Below, piece after piece: positions 27,592 through 36,908 of a stretch of 64,000 nt of DNA. Made by a program: the position numbers and the translations under genes. This stretch comes from a virus: the IMG/VR virus record IMGVR_UViG_3300036766_000416, positions 96,001 through 160,000 of that record. One strand, given 5' to 3'. The notes beneath the pieces are model-generated. The model saw only the letters and a list, made by a program, of their open reading frames with translations, had not been told where the DNA came from and did not search any database. Positions within the stretch are counted from its first letter, which is position 1; the number at the start of each line of letters is the position of its first letter.

Positions 27592-27855
27592 ATGAACAAA
27601 GCACTCATCCCTGTCAATTCAGTTGTCACCCACCTCAGCAAGTATGGCATGAAGAAACAAGCCGGACTCGTTGTGGCTGATGCCGGGACCAAGTATGGTC
27701 GGCAGTATGTTTGGGTGTCGTGGGTCGCCCCTAAGACTCTCGTGGTCATGCAGACCGCCTTTTGGACCCAGGTTTTGAGGGTTTCCGACCAGACTGCCCA
27801 AGAATTTATTAAACAGACAGCAAAATCAATGAGTTACGCCGAGAATAGGGCTTGA
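27592..27855 (+). CDS. Hypothetical protein (probably leaderless)
   Basis: 87-aa ORF starting at the expected +1 of its promoter; no SD. Confidence 0.6.
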   Translation: MNKALIPVNSVVTHLSKYGMKKQAGLVVADAGTKYGRQYVWVSWVAPKTLVVMQTAFWTQVLRVSDQTAQEFIKQTAKSMSYAENRA

Positions 27856-27879
27856 CATTCCGGTAGGATATGATAGAAT
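27852..27879 (+). promoter_or_regulatory. Sigma70-like promoter, extended -10
   Basis: TTGACA-N16-TAGAAT with TGn. Confidence 0.7.
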
Positions 27880-27885
27880 TAAGAC

Positions 27886-30348
27886 GTGGATAAGAGAGAA
27901 AACCTAGAGACCAAAAAAAGCATGTTTACCGTTGAAACCAAGAGTATGCTCGCCAAGCTGATGGCCGCTGAGAATATCAAAGTTGAGCACCGAGTCTGCA
28001 AGACCGCTAGCTTCAACCTCAAGACCCGCACGTTGACCTGCCCGATCTGGAACAATATGTCAGGCGACCTCTATGACCTACTGATGGGGCATGAGGTTTC
28101 TCACGCCAAGAACACTCCGATGAACGGATGGCACGATTCTGTAGTCTATGCCGGGGGTGACAAAAAAGCCTCTGCGATGGCACAGAAAGCCTTCAAGAAC
28201 TTCCTCAATGTCGTTGAGGATGCCCGTATCGAAAAGCTGATCAAGCGAACCTACCCCGGGCTCCGACAACCAATGATCCGGGCCTACAAGGAATTGGTCG
28301 CCAAAGACTTTTTTGGACTGTCTGCAATCTCGGACTTCAATGAACTGTATCTGATCGACCGCTTGAACCTCGCTGCGAAGTGCGGGTCATCGCTCAATAT
28401 TCGATTCTCGAAAAAAGAACAACCCCTCTATGATGAAATGATGACCCTGGAGACCTGGGATCAAGTTGTGGCCCTTGCGAAAAAACTCTACAAGCATAGT
28501 GTCGATGAGCAAAAAGATGGCGAGCAAAAAAAGAAAGAGTTAGCCGATCACCTCAAGGATTCTTTACAGGATCAAGATGAGGGCGAGGATGGAGAAGAGG
28601 GAGAAGAATCTGATTGGGATGAGGATTATGATTCTGAGGAAACTGAGGATGGGGACCGCAATGAAACGGGTTCCGATGACCTCGATTCTGATGAAGAAGA
28701 TCCTGATTCTGAGAAAGCTGATGGTCAGGATAGTGACGCCGAGGGCGAAGATGCCGATGGCGACAAAGAAGAAAAGGCCGACGATAAGACCACCAAGAAG
28801 TCGAAGGACGAGGGTGAGGGAAACCGAACCAAGGATTCTGACAAGAAACCTGCCGGAAACAAGAGCGACGGGGAGGGTGCTGGGCAGCAAGAAACGACTC
28901 AGGACCAGGAATTTATTCCCAAAGCGAAAACCGACGAGTCATTCCGTAACATGGAGCAAAATCTTGTCGCGGATAGCAATGTGGTCCCAATGGACGTCAT
29001 TATCCCGACCCCGAACCTCAAGGACCTTGTGGCCCCCGCTGCTGTAGTCAATAAGGGTCTCACGTCGTTCTATGCTGGATACCGAGCCAAGGGTATTCAA
29101 CTGCTGAACGAATTCAAGAAAAAGAACGAGGATTATATCTCATTGCTCGCCAAAGAGTTCGAGATGAAGAAAGCTGCGCGGTCCTACGCGAAAGCAAAAA
29201 TTTCCGACACTGGGGATATCAATGTCAACAAGCTTGCGAACTATAAGTTGGAAGACAATATGTTCAAAAAACTCATGGTGGTCCACAAAGGAAAGTCACA
29301 TGGGCTTGTATTGATCCTGGACAAGTCTGGGTCGATGTCCGAGCATATCAAAGGGGCCATGGAGCAGATTCTTGTGATGGCACTCTTCTGCAGAAAAGTC
29401 AATATCCCGTTCGTGGCGTATAGCTTCAGTGACAATGTAGGATCTGCTCGCAGCCACGATTTTCCTGGGCGAGAGGTATATTCACCGAACCCCCTGAAGC
29501 CGTTCAGCACCAAAGAGGGTGAGATGTTCATGGGAAACCTCGACCTTCGGGAGATGTTCAATTCGAAGATGCCCGCGCACGAATTTACGCAAGCGATTGC
29601 CAATCACCTGTTATTGTTGAATGGATTCAAGGGACGAGACGGCATGGGTATCCCTGAGCACGAACGAATGGGTTCGACGCCGCTCAATGAGGCGTTGGTC
29701 GCCTTGAGAGACATGATCCGAAACTTCAAGAAAGCTCATCGCCTGGACATTGTGAATGCCATCGTGGTACATGACGGAGATTCTGACGGGAACAGGGAAG
29801 TGCATGGACCTACTCAGAATTCTAGCTGGCAGAGAAAACGGTTTGACCCTCAGCATATGCGAGTAACCCTGATCGACCACAAAGAACACCTGCGCGTGGA
29901 CGTGCCCAAGGATTATCGGGGCGTGACCATTGCCCTGATGAAGTGGGTTCAAATGACCGCCGATTGCGGGGTCTTTGGATTCTTCATCACCGGGAACACC
30001 GCCAAGAGTGCCAAGCGTGGAATCATGGGTCTCTATCAGAACAAACAAGGGATCAGAATGAAGTTCGGCGGTCGCCTGGATCAACCTGTGGCCGACCAAA
30101 TGATCTTGCTGGACAAGCTCGCCAAGGAAGTGATCGAGCATAAATTTCTCGAATCCTACTCTGACGGCTATACGCGATTCTATTTCATCCCAGGCTCAAC
30201 GGAATTGCAGACCAGCAATGACACCATGGTGATTCATGGGGGCAAGTGGACCCCTTTCCGCCTCCTGGCCGCCTTCAAAAAGGTACACCAGAAGCGCCGA
30301 GTGAGTAGGGTTTTAGTCAATCGCTTCATTGAACTGATGAGCGTCTAG
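27886..30348 (+). CDS. cobT: CobT-like protein: HExxH N-terminal domain, acidic linker, VWA domain
   Basis: GHEVSHA, NVVEDARIEK, long D/E-rich linker, LILDKSGSM MIDAS, GSTPLNEAL, HDGDS; precedes a CobS-like ATPase. Confidence 0.75.
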   Translation: MDKRENLETKKSMFTVETKSMLAKLMAAENIKVEHRVCKTASFNLKTRTLTCPIWNNMSGDLYDLLMGHEVSHAKNTPMNGWHDSVVYAGGDKKASAMAQKAFKNFLNVVEDARIEKLIKRTYPGLRQPMIRAYKELVAKDFFGLSAISDFNELYLIDRLNLAAKCGSSLNIRFSKKEQPLYDEMMTLETWDQVVALAKKLYKHSVDEQKDGEQKKKELADHLKDSLQDQDEGEDGEEGEESDWDEDYDSEETEDGDRNETGSDDLDSDEEDPDSEKADGQDSDAEGEDADGDKEEKADDKTTKKSKDEGEGNRTKDSDKKPAGNKSDGEGAGQQETTQDQEFIPKAKTDESFRNMEQNLVADSNVVPMDVIIPTPNLKDLVAPAAVVNKGLTSFYAGYRAKGIQLLNEFKKKNEDYISLLAKEFEMKKAARSYAKAKISDTGDINVNKLANYKLEDNMFKKLMVVHKGKSHGLVLILDKSGSMSEHIKGAMEQILVMALFCRKVNIPFVAYSFSDNVGSARSHDFPGREVYSPNPLKPFSTKEGEMFMGNLDLREMFNSKMPAHEFTQAIANHLLLLNGFKGRDGMGIPEHERMGSTPLNEALVALRDMIRNFKKAHRLDIVNAIVVHDGDSDGNREVHGPTQNSSWQRKRFDPQHMRVTLIDHKEHLRVDVPKDYRGVTIALMKWVQMTADCGVFGFFITGNTAKSAKRGIMGLYQNKQGIRMKFGGRLDQPVADQMILLDKLAKEVIEHKFLESYSDGYTRFYFIPGSTELQTSNDTMVIHGGKWTPFRLLAAFKKVHQKRRVSRVLVNRFIELMSV

Positions 30349-30487
30349 AATGCCCTCCAAGGGGTCCAAAAAGAGTGGGTATGCTAGGACATTGGTGCCC
30401 ACTCAATCGACCCTCCTGGACCCTTTGCGGGGGTCGTTTGAGTGTTCAAAAGTGGACATTATAAACCTCTAATGTGGCTCATAGAAC

Positions 30488-30516
30488 TTGACAGGGACCT
30501 CGGTGTTTGATAGAAT
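30488..30516 (+). promoter_or_regulatory. Sigma70-like promoter, extended -10
   Basis: TTGACA-N17-TAGAAT with TGn. Confidence 0.75.
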
Positions 30517-30563
30517 TAGATCATGGATAGCAGAGAAAACCAACTAATTGGGAGTGACAGATA

Positions 30564-31787
30564 ATGAGCGCCAGAAGTGAAAGCCGTGAAAAGTTCCTAG
30601 CCCTGTTGATTGCGACCGGAAAAGCGACCGTGACCACCAAGGAATTACTGGACCTGTGCGAAGCGAACGACCTCAAGGAACCTCAGTGGTTTACCAAGGA
30701 CACCGCGAACCGAGCGGGGCGTGGTCAGTTTCTCGTGCCGAATGGGGCTGTGCCAGTCTCATCGAAATTCAGTGCCCCTGCCCTCGAACCGAAAATTGTG
30801 GAAGAAGAAGTGGTGGCCTTTCAACCCCTCACGGGCAAACCGAAACCCCGGGTTATCTCCGTCGTGACCGACCTTGAGGACCAGGGTATTGTTCCCATCA
30901 AGTATAAAAATTATGTACCCTTTGGCAACTTTGAGGACCTCAAGTCTATCATCGTTTCTCGCCAATTCTACCCTGTGTTCATCACGGGCCCTTCTGGTAA
31001 TGGGAAGTCTATGTCCGTGGAGCAAGTTTGCGCCCTACTGGGGCGCGAGTATGTTTGCGTTTCCATGACCCCTGAGACCGATGAGGGTGACCTTCTCGGA
31101 AACTACATTCTTCTCGATAATCAGATGGTCTGGCGTGACGGTGCCGTGACAACGGCCGCTCGCCGTGGGGCTGTCTTGTGCATCGACGAGATTGACTACG
31201 GAGCCCAGAACCTTTCGTGCCTCCAGAGAGTCTTGGAAGGGAAGCCATTCTTACTGAAAAAGAAGGGTGAGATTGTCACTCCGGCGCCTGGATTCCAGAT
31301 TATTGCGACCGCTAACACCAAAGGAAAAGGTTCTGAGGATGGTCGCTACATGTTCACCAACGTGCTCAACGAGGCCTTCCTTGAGCGATTTCCCATCACC
31401 TTCGAGCAAGAGTGGGCACCTCAGGTGGTTGAGCGGAAAATTATCAAGAAAGAACTGGAAGCCGCGGGTCGGGGCGATGATGAGTTTGCCAATCACCTCG
31501 TGATCTGGGCTTCTACAATTCGCAAAGCCTACGATGAGGAGGGTGCGTCAAGTGAAGTGATTTCCACTAGACGACTCGTTCACATTGCCAGAGCGTATCC
31601 GATCTTCGGTGGTGACAGACTCAAGGCAATTCGGTATTGTCTAAACCGCTTTGACGAAGAAACAAAAAAAAGTTTCATAGATTTATATTCAAAGGTCGAT
31701 TCGAGCATAGTTATACAAAATACTATGGCAGGTGAAGGCACTCAAGACGGATCGGAGAATACAACACAAGAGCCTGTCACTGTCTAA
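30564..31787 (+). CDS. cobS: CobS/MoxR-like AAA+ ATPase
   Basis: ITGPSGNGKS, ETDEGDLLG, LCIDEID, ATANTKGKGS.DGRY, LNEAFLERF, ISTRRLVHI. Confidence 0.9.
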   Translation: MSARSESREKFLALLIATGKATVTTKELLDLCEANDLKEPQWFTKDTANRAGRGQFLVPNGAVPVSSKFSAPALEPKIVEEEVVAFQPLTGKPKPRVISVVTDLEDQGIVPIKYKNYVPFGNFEDLKSIIVSRQFYPVFITGPSGNGKSMSVEQVCALLGREYVCVSMTPETDEGDLLGNYILLDNQMVWRDGAVTTAARRGAVLCIDEIDYGAQNLSCLQRVLEGKPFLLKKKGEIVTPAPGFQIIATANTKGKGSEDGRYMFTNVLNEAFLERFPITFEQEWAPQVVERKIIKKELEAAGRGDDEFANHLVIWASTIRKAYDEEGASSEVISTRRLVHIARAYPIFGGDRLKAIRYCLNRFDEETKKSFIDLYSKVDSSIVIQNTMAGEGTQDGSENTTQEPVTV

Positions 31788-31858
31788 ACCGACAACGATC
31801 AAAATGCCAACGGGTCATGGTATTACTACCACTGAGTATCTTGGTAGCGAAATAGTTC

Positions 31859-31887
31859 TTGACAATCCACCGAAATTATGTTATCAT
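31859..31887 (+). promoter_or_regulatory. Sigma70-like promoter
   Basis: TTGACA-N17-TATCAT. Confidence 0.7.
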
Positions 31888-31973
31888 AGTCCTCAATCGT
31901 GCGAGGTTCTTTGTGAGCCAGCACAGGGAATGGGGCGACCTCTTTTTCGTCCCAATTATAGTGAGGTGTTCCT

Positions 31974-32270
31974 ATGAGTCATGTTTCAGCAAAGTCACGC
32001 ATTCTCGCATTCTTGTCCAAGACCACAGGGTACAACACCCTCAGCGTCAAGCAAGCTCGCGCCCGTTTTGGTATCCAGAACGTGTCTGCCCGCATCGCCC
32101 AGCTTCGGCAAGAAGGCTACTCAATCTACACCAATAAGTGCACCCACGGCGCCAAGGGTTATGAGTACCGCCTCGGCCGTCCTTCCAAATCATTCATCGC
32201 CAAGTGCGAAATGAATGGTGTGGTCGCCAAGGGTCCTGAAGCACTTCAGACAAACCAGAGCGCGTTCTAA
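31974..32270 (+). CDS. Small HTH-like DNA-binding protein
   Basis: SAKSRILAFL...ARARFGIQNVSARIAQLRQEGYSIYTN winged-HTH-like pattern; GAGG SD. Confidence 0.6.
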   Translation: MSHVSAKSRILAFLSKTTGYNTLSVKQARARFGIQNVSARIAQLRQEGYSIYTNKCTHGAKGYEYRLGRPSKSFIAKCEMNGVVAKGPEALQTNQSAF

Positions 32271-32297
32271 TTCCAGAACGTTTCGCTCTGCAATACA

Positions 32298-32330
32298 GCG
32301 GAGGTCCTCTTTACGGGGTCCTCCGCTTTC
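32298..32330 (+). terminator. Probable terminator
   Basis: GCGGAGG...CCTCCGC inverted repeat followed by TTTC. Confidence 0.55.
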
Positions 32331-32349
32331 GTCCGGTCTTGGAGGCACT

Positions 32350-32802
32350 GTGGATTATCGAAAATGGGACCTCAGGTTCATTGAACTCGCCAAACACGTT
32401 TCTCTGTGGAGCAAAGACCCAAGCACCCAAGTCGGTGCTGTCGTGGTCGATAGAAAGAACCGGGTACTCAGTCTAGGGTATAATGGGTTCCCTCGTGGGG
32501 TCAAGGATACCGATGAACGACTCAACAACCGTGACGTCAAGTATTCCATAGTCGTCCATGCGGAAATCAATGCGCTGATCTTTGCCACACAACCCCTCGA
32601 AGATACCACTCTCTACCTGTGGCCGTTTCTTTCGTGCTCTAGTTGCACCTCTATCATCATCAACGCAGGCGTCAAACGAGTCGTGGCCCCTGTAAGCCAT
32701 AATCCCCGTTGGCTAGACTCCATCACCCTGAGCCAAACACTCTACCATGAAGCTGGTGTTCAGGTTGTGCTCATTCCCATGTTTGACAAGATGACTACAT
32801 AA
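32350..32802 (+). CDS. cd: dCMP deaminase
   Basis: WSKDPSTQVGAV, GYNGFPRG, HAEINA, CSSC zinc ligands; GTG start behind GGAGG. Confidence 0.9.
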   Translation: MDYRKWDLRFIELAKHVSLWSKDPSTQVGAVVVDRKNRVLSLGYNGFPRGVKDTDERLNNRDVKYSIVVHAEINALIFATQPLEDTTLYLWPFLSCSSCTSIIINAGVKRVVAPVSHNPRWLDSITLSQTLYHEAGVQVVLIPMFDKMTT

Positions 32803-32833
32803 GAGTATGACTTTATTATAGGGAGGGTTTGAA

Positions 32834-33628
32834 GTGGAAATAAAAATTGACATCGAAGTTCTACACAAGAACAAAATCTTCATCGCAACACCGATGTATG
32901 GTGGACAATGCTGCGGTATGTATATGAAAAGTTGTCTGGACCTCCAGACCATTTTTCAGCAATACGGAATCCCCTCCAGGTTCTCCTTCATTTTCAACGA
33001 ATCACTCATCACCAGGGCCCGCAATTACCTCGTCGACGAATTTCTCAGAACCGACTTCACCCACCTCTTGTTTCTCGATGCTGACATTCACTTCAACCCT
33101 CAAGATATTATTGCCATGCTCGCGCTGGACAAGGACGTGATCGGTGCCCCATACCCCAAAAAAGCCTTGAACTGGCACAACATCGCTAAGGCTGCTCGCA
33201 ATCACCCAGAGCTTGACCCCAAGGAACTTGAGAACGTCGTGGGTGACTATGTGTTCAATGTGGTCAAGGGTACTGAAAAATTTCAGGTCTCGGAGCCTCT
33301 GGAGGTCATGGAAATCGGTACAGGCTACATGCTCGTCAAGCGCGAGGTATTTGCGAAGTTTGCTGAGGCCTATCCGCAACTCAAATACCGGCCAGACCAT
33401 GTTGGACAAAAAAACTTTGACGGCACTCGATACATACACGCATATTTTGATACAGTGATCGACCCACAGAGCGAACGGTACCTCTCAGAGGACTACATGT
33501 TCTGTCAGTGGTACCGCGCGATTGGTGGACACATCTGGTTGTGCCCATGGGTCCAGACGCAGCATGTAGGGACATACGCCTTCACCGGTAACATGGCGAA
33601 GATCGCCGATCTCACAGGGAGTCTGTAA
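32834..33628 (+). CDS. GT-A fold glycosyltransferase-like protein
   Basis: IATPMYGG, NESLITRARN, LLFLDADI (DxD), GTGYML, YLSEDYMFC. Confidence 0.7.
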   Translation: MEIKIDIEVLHKNKIFIATPMYGGQCCGMYMKSCLDLQTIFQQYGIPSRFSFIFNESLITRARNYLVDEFLRTDFTHLLFLDADIHFNPQDIIAMLALDKDVIGAPYPKKALNWHNIAKAARNHPELDPKELENVVGDYVFNVVKGTEKFQVSEPLEVMEIGTGYMLVKREVFAKFAEAYPQLKYRPDHVGQKNFDGTRYIHAYFDTVIDPQSERYLSEDYMFCQWYRAIGGHIWLCPWVQTQHVGTYAFTGNMAKIADLTGSL

Positions 33629-33629
33629 C

Positions 33630-34034
33630 ATGAGATTCTTCACATACCTTCTCGGTGGTCTCTTACTGGGCCTCATTCTCGCACTCGTGGTCACCACATT
33701 TGCATCGGAAACTATCCAAGTGTGTACCGCAACAGACGGTAGCATAACATACACCAACAAGAACCAACGGGGTTGCTCCGCGGTGACACTACCAGAACTC
33801 TCGGTCATCCCCACACGAAACATTCCTGTGGTTCCTCTCTCCCCCCAAGTGTCGGTCACTGAGGAGAAGGCTCCGTCAGTCAACGATGGTATCTGTGCGC
33901 TCTATGAGGAATGGATGACCCTCGCGTCAAGAACACTAGGTGGCTTCGCACACAACACCATTCAAGATACCCAACGTCGTCTGGTACTCGTTCAATTATT
34001 TGGTGGTGGGTTTGCTCCAAATTCATGTCACTGA
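33630..34034 (+). CDS. Exported hypothetical protein
   Basis: Signal-peptide-like N-terminus followed by C...DGSITYTNK...GC. Confidence 0.6.
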   Translation: MRFFTYLLGGLLLGLILALVVTTFASETIQVCTATDGSITYTNKNQRGCSAVTLPELSVIPTRNIPVVPLSPQVSVTEEKAPSVNDGICALYEEWMTLASRTLGGFAHNTIQDTQRRLVLVQLFGGGFAPNSCH

Positions 34035-34043
34035 AAGGTTCTC

Positions 34044-34493
34044 GTGATCCATAAACACCACATAATTCCTGTTCATGCGGGAGGGTCAGATGATCTCTCG
34101 AATATCAAGGAAGTAACCATTGCGGAACATGCAGAAGAACATCGGTTGCTCTGGAAACAATACGGTCGATACCAGGATTGGTGTGCGTGGAAGGGATTAT
34201 CTGCTAAAATAGGGCGAGAAGAGATTTATAGTATCATAGCAAAAATAAATGGGAGACTTGGGGGTCTGTCGCTAAAAGGAAAACCAAAATCAGAGGAACA
34301 CAAGAAAAAGATTTTATCCCTCAAACAAGCATTTAGAAAAGGTGATGCCCCTTGGAACAAAGGAAAAACTTCGAATCAAGAAACCAGAGATAAAATATCA
34401 AGGTCTTTAACAGGCAAGAAACAATCACAGAAAACCATTCAAAAGAGAGCAACATCAAATAGTCATCCGAGAGGAAAATACAAAAAAGGATAA
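34044..34493 (+). CDS. HNH homing endonuclease
   Basis: HKHHIIPVHAGGSD..SNIKEVTIAEHAEEH; NUMOD3-like repeats (KPKSEEHKKKI, PWNKGK). Confidence 0.85.
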   Translation: MIHKHHIIPVHAGGSDDLSNIKEVTIAEHAEEHRLLWKQYGRYQDWCAWKGLSAKIGREEIYSIIAKINGRLGGLSLKGKPKSEEHKKKILSLKQAFRKGDAPWNKGKTSNQETRDKISRSLTGKKQSQKTIQKRATSNSHPRGKYKKG

Positions 34494-34507
34494 AGGGAGA
34501 TTATATC

Positions 34508-35128
34508 ATGTTCATTGGTTTGGTTGGGTTTATAGGGTCGGGCAAAGGAAGTGTCGGTGACATTCTCAGCAATGATTTTGGGTACACTCAGGATTCCTTT
34601 GCGAAGCCTCTCAAAGACGCAGTGACGGCCATCTTTGGATGGGACCGACAGAAGCTTGAAGGTAACACACACGAGTCTCGACAGTGGCGCGAACAACCCT
34701 GTGAGTTCTGGTCCAAACAATTCGGGTACCCCTTTACACCGAGACTGGCTCTACAACTCATGGGTACCGAAGCAGGGCGCAACGTGTTTCACCCAGACCT
34801 CTGGGTCATCTCATTGCTCAATCGTAGCCAAGGCAAAAACGTTGTGGTCACCGACGTCCGATTCAAGAACGAGGTTGCTGCAGTCCACAACGCAGGTGGC
34901 TTGGTGATTCGAGTGCGCCGAGGCCTCGAACCATTGTGGTACAAGACTGCGCTGCTCGCAAACGGTGGCGACAAAGAAGCCATCAACACAATGGAGAAAT
35001 CTGGTGTCCACCAAAGCGAACATGATTGGATCGGCTCCCACGTTGACGTGACCATCGACAATGACGGTACTCTTGCAGACCTTCGAGAAAAAATAACCGG
35101 GGTGCTCTTGACAACCGGCACGAAGTAG
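34508..35128 (+). CDS. gp1: Deoxynucleoside monophosphate kinase (gp1-like)
   Basis: GLVGFIGSGK, SFAKPLKDAV, TPRLALQLMGTEAGR, VVTDVRF.NE, IDNDGTL. Confidence 0.88.
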   Translation: MFIGLVGFIGSGKGSVGDILSNDFGYTQDSFAKPLKDAVTAIFGWDRQKLEGNTHESRQWREQPCEFWSKQFGYPFTPRLALQLMGTEAGRNVFHPDLWVISLLNRSQGKNVVVTDVRFKNEVAAVHNAGGLVIRVRRGLEPLWYKTALLANGGDKEAINTMEKSGVHQSEHDWIGSHVDVTIDNDGTLADLREKITGVLLTTGTK

Positions 35129-35136
35129 TGTATAAT
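35108..35136 (+). promoter_or_regulatory. Sigma70-type promoter for gp45
   Basis: TTGACA-N17-TATAAT. Confidence 0.8.
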
Positions 35137-35180
35137 CAATTCAGTCGTCACCATGTTACATCATTCACCTGTGAGGCTTT

Positions 35181-35861
35181 ATGAAACTTAGCGAAAACAC
35201 CGTCAACGTGCTCAGGAATTTCTCCACCATCAATACCGCTCTCTGGTTCAAAGGTGGTAATGTTTTGCGAACCATCAGCCCGTTCAAAACGGTACTTGCG
35301 GAAGCCGTGATCGACGAAACGATATCCTCGGACTTTGGGGTGTACGACTTGCATCAACTTCTCAGTATCCTCTCACTGTACCAGGATACCCCAGAGGTCA
35401 CGGTAGATGGCAACAACCTCGTGATCCAAGGTCACGGTGGTCGTAGCAAGATCACCTATCGCTGCTGCGATTCCACGATGATCAAGACACCACCCGACAA
35501 GGAAATCAAGCTTCCCTCAGAAGACCTGTCGTTCCTACTGACAGAAACAGACCTTGAGTGGGTCATGAAGTCTGCCAGTGTGCTCGCCAATCCCCATATC
35601 GCCGTCGTAGGTGACGGGAGCAAGCTGGTGCTGCGAACCTTGGATGCCTCCAACGACTCAGCACACACTGATACCCTGGACATTGGACCCCATACGGGAA
35701 CCCCCGTCAAATTCGTGTTCAAGACCGAAAACTGGAAGTTCCTACGTGGGACCTATGCAGTGACCGCCTCGAACAAGAGTGCCACGACCGGGGTAGCCAA
35801 GTTCCAGAATCAAGCTCGCAAGATCGTCTACTTCGTAGCAATTGAAGGACAGACCAAGTAA
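35181..35861 (+). CDS. gp45: Sliding clamp
   Basis: MKLSENT..VL.NFSTIN, RTISP.KTVLAEA, DFGVYDL.QLL; precedes gp44. Confidence 0.93.
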   Translation: MKLSENTVNVLRNFSTINTALWFKGGNVLRTISPFKTVLAEAVIDETISSDFGVYDLHQLLSILSLYQDTPEVTVDGNNLVIQGHGGRSKITYRCCDSTMIKTPPDKEIKLPSEDLSFLLTETDLEWVMKSASVLANPHIAVVGDGSKLVLRTLDASNDSAHTDTLDIGPHTGTPVKFVFKTENWKFLRGTYAVTASNKSATTGVAKFQNQARKIVYFVAIEGQTK

Positions 35862-35963
35862 CCCCGGCATAGTAGGAGTCCTATCACCGATAAACCGCCC
35901 TCCTGAGCCCTTTCTGGCCCCTGTGGGGGTGGTTTTGTCACATAGAAACAAGAGGATAGACAA

Positions 35964-36908
35964 TTGGAACCCAATCTTAGACATGCCCTGTGGACCGAAC
36001 GCTATCGACCCCTCACCGTTGAGGACTGTATTCTGCCGGACCGACTCAAGGTTCCGTTCAGGGAATACGTCAAGACCAAGACTATCCCGAACCTGTTGCT
36101 AGCGGGCACCGCAGGTGTTGGCAAGACTACTATCGCCAAGGCGCTCTGCAACGAAATCGGGTGCGATTATCTAGTCATCAACGGTAGTGATGAATCGGGC
36201 ATCGACACGTTTAGAACCAAAATAAAAAACTATGCGTCCTCACTGTCGATGACCGGAGGTCGCAAAGTCATCATCATCGATGAAAGTGATTACCTGAATC
36301 CCAACTCTACTCAACCAGCGTTGCGTGGTGCCATGGAAGAATTTGCAGGTAACTGTTCGTTTATCTTCACAGCCAACCACAAAAACCGACTCATCGAACC
36401 ACTGCACTCTCGGTGTGCCGTTGTGGAGTTTACCCTCAAGGGCACCGAGAAACAAAAGATGGCTGCGGCATTCTTCACCAGGGTCCAAGCGATTCTCAAA
36501 ACTGAAACCATTGAATATGACCAGAAAGTTCTTGCGGAACTGGTCACTAAGTATTTTCCAGATTTTCGACGGGTTTTGAATGAATTACAACGATACTCAA
36601 AGTTCGGCAAGATCGATGTTGGTATCCTGAGCCATATCGGTGACGTAGACATCACAGAGGTTGTTGGGTACCTCAAGGTCAAGGATTTTGGTTCACTGAG
36701 AAAATGGGTGGGGAGTCATACCATAGAACCGACGGTGTTATTCAGGAAAATTTATGATGGTATGTATGAAATCCTGAAGCCAGAATCTATACCTCAGGTG
36801 GTTTTGCTCCTAGCAGATTATGGGTATAAATCAGCCTTCGTGGTCGACCAGGAGATAAATACAATGGCATGTTTAGTCGAATTGATACTACAGTGTGAGT
36901 TCGTATAG
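35964..36908 (+). CDS. gp44: Clamp loader large subunit
   Basis: LWTERYRP, GTAGVGKTT, INGSDESGID..R, IIDESD, Q.ALR..ME, PLHSRC, FPDFRR.LNELQRY. Confidence 0.96.
   Translation: MEPNLRHALWTERYRPLTVEDCILPDRLKVPFREYVKTKTIPNLLLAGTAGVGKTTIAKALCNEIGCDYLVINGSDESGIDTFRTKIKNYASSLSMTGGRKVIIIDESDYLNPNSTQPALRGAMEEFAGNCSFIFTANHKNRLIEPLHSRCAVVEFTLKGTEKQKMAAAFFTRVQAILKTETIEYDQKVLAELVTKYFPDFRRVLNELQRYSKFGKIDVGILSHIGDVDITEVVGYLKVKDFGSLRKWVGSHTIEPTVLFRKIYDGMYEILKPESIPQVVLLLADYGYKSAFVVDQEINTMACLVELILQCEFV

Noticed and set aside
28564-29047. Alternative-frame and antisense ORFs over the cobT acidic linker
   Set aside because: These are by-products of low-complexity GAT/GAG codons.
27886-31787. Cobalamin biosynthesis auxiliary pathway
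   Set aside because: No cobN or other cob genes in the window; the names reflect AAA+/VWA family similarity only.
35892-35935. Hairpin between gp45 and gp44 as a novel regulatory RNA
   Set aside because: A single 11-bp stem with several G-U pairs, consistent with an ordinary attenuator or processing stem; nothing further supports it.
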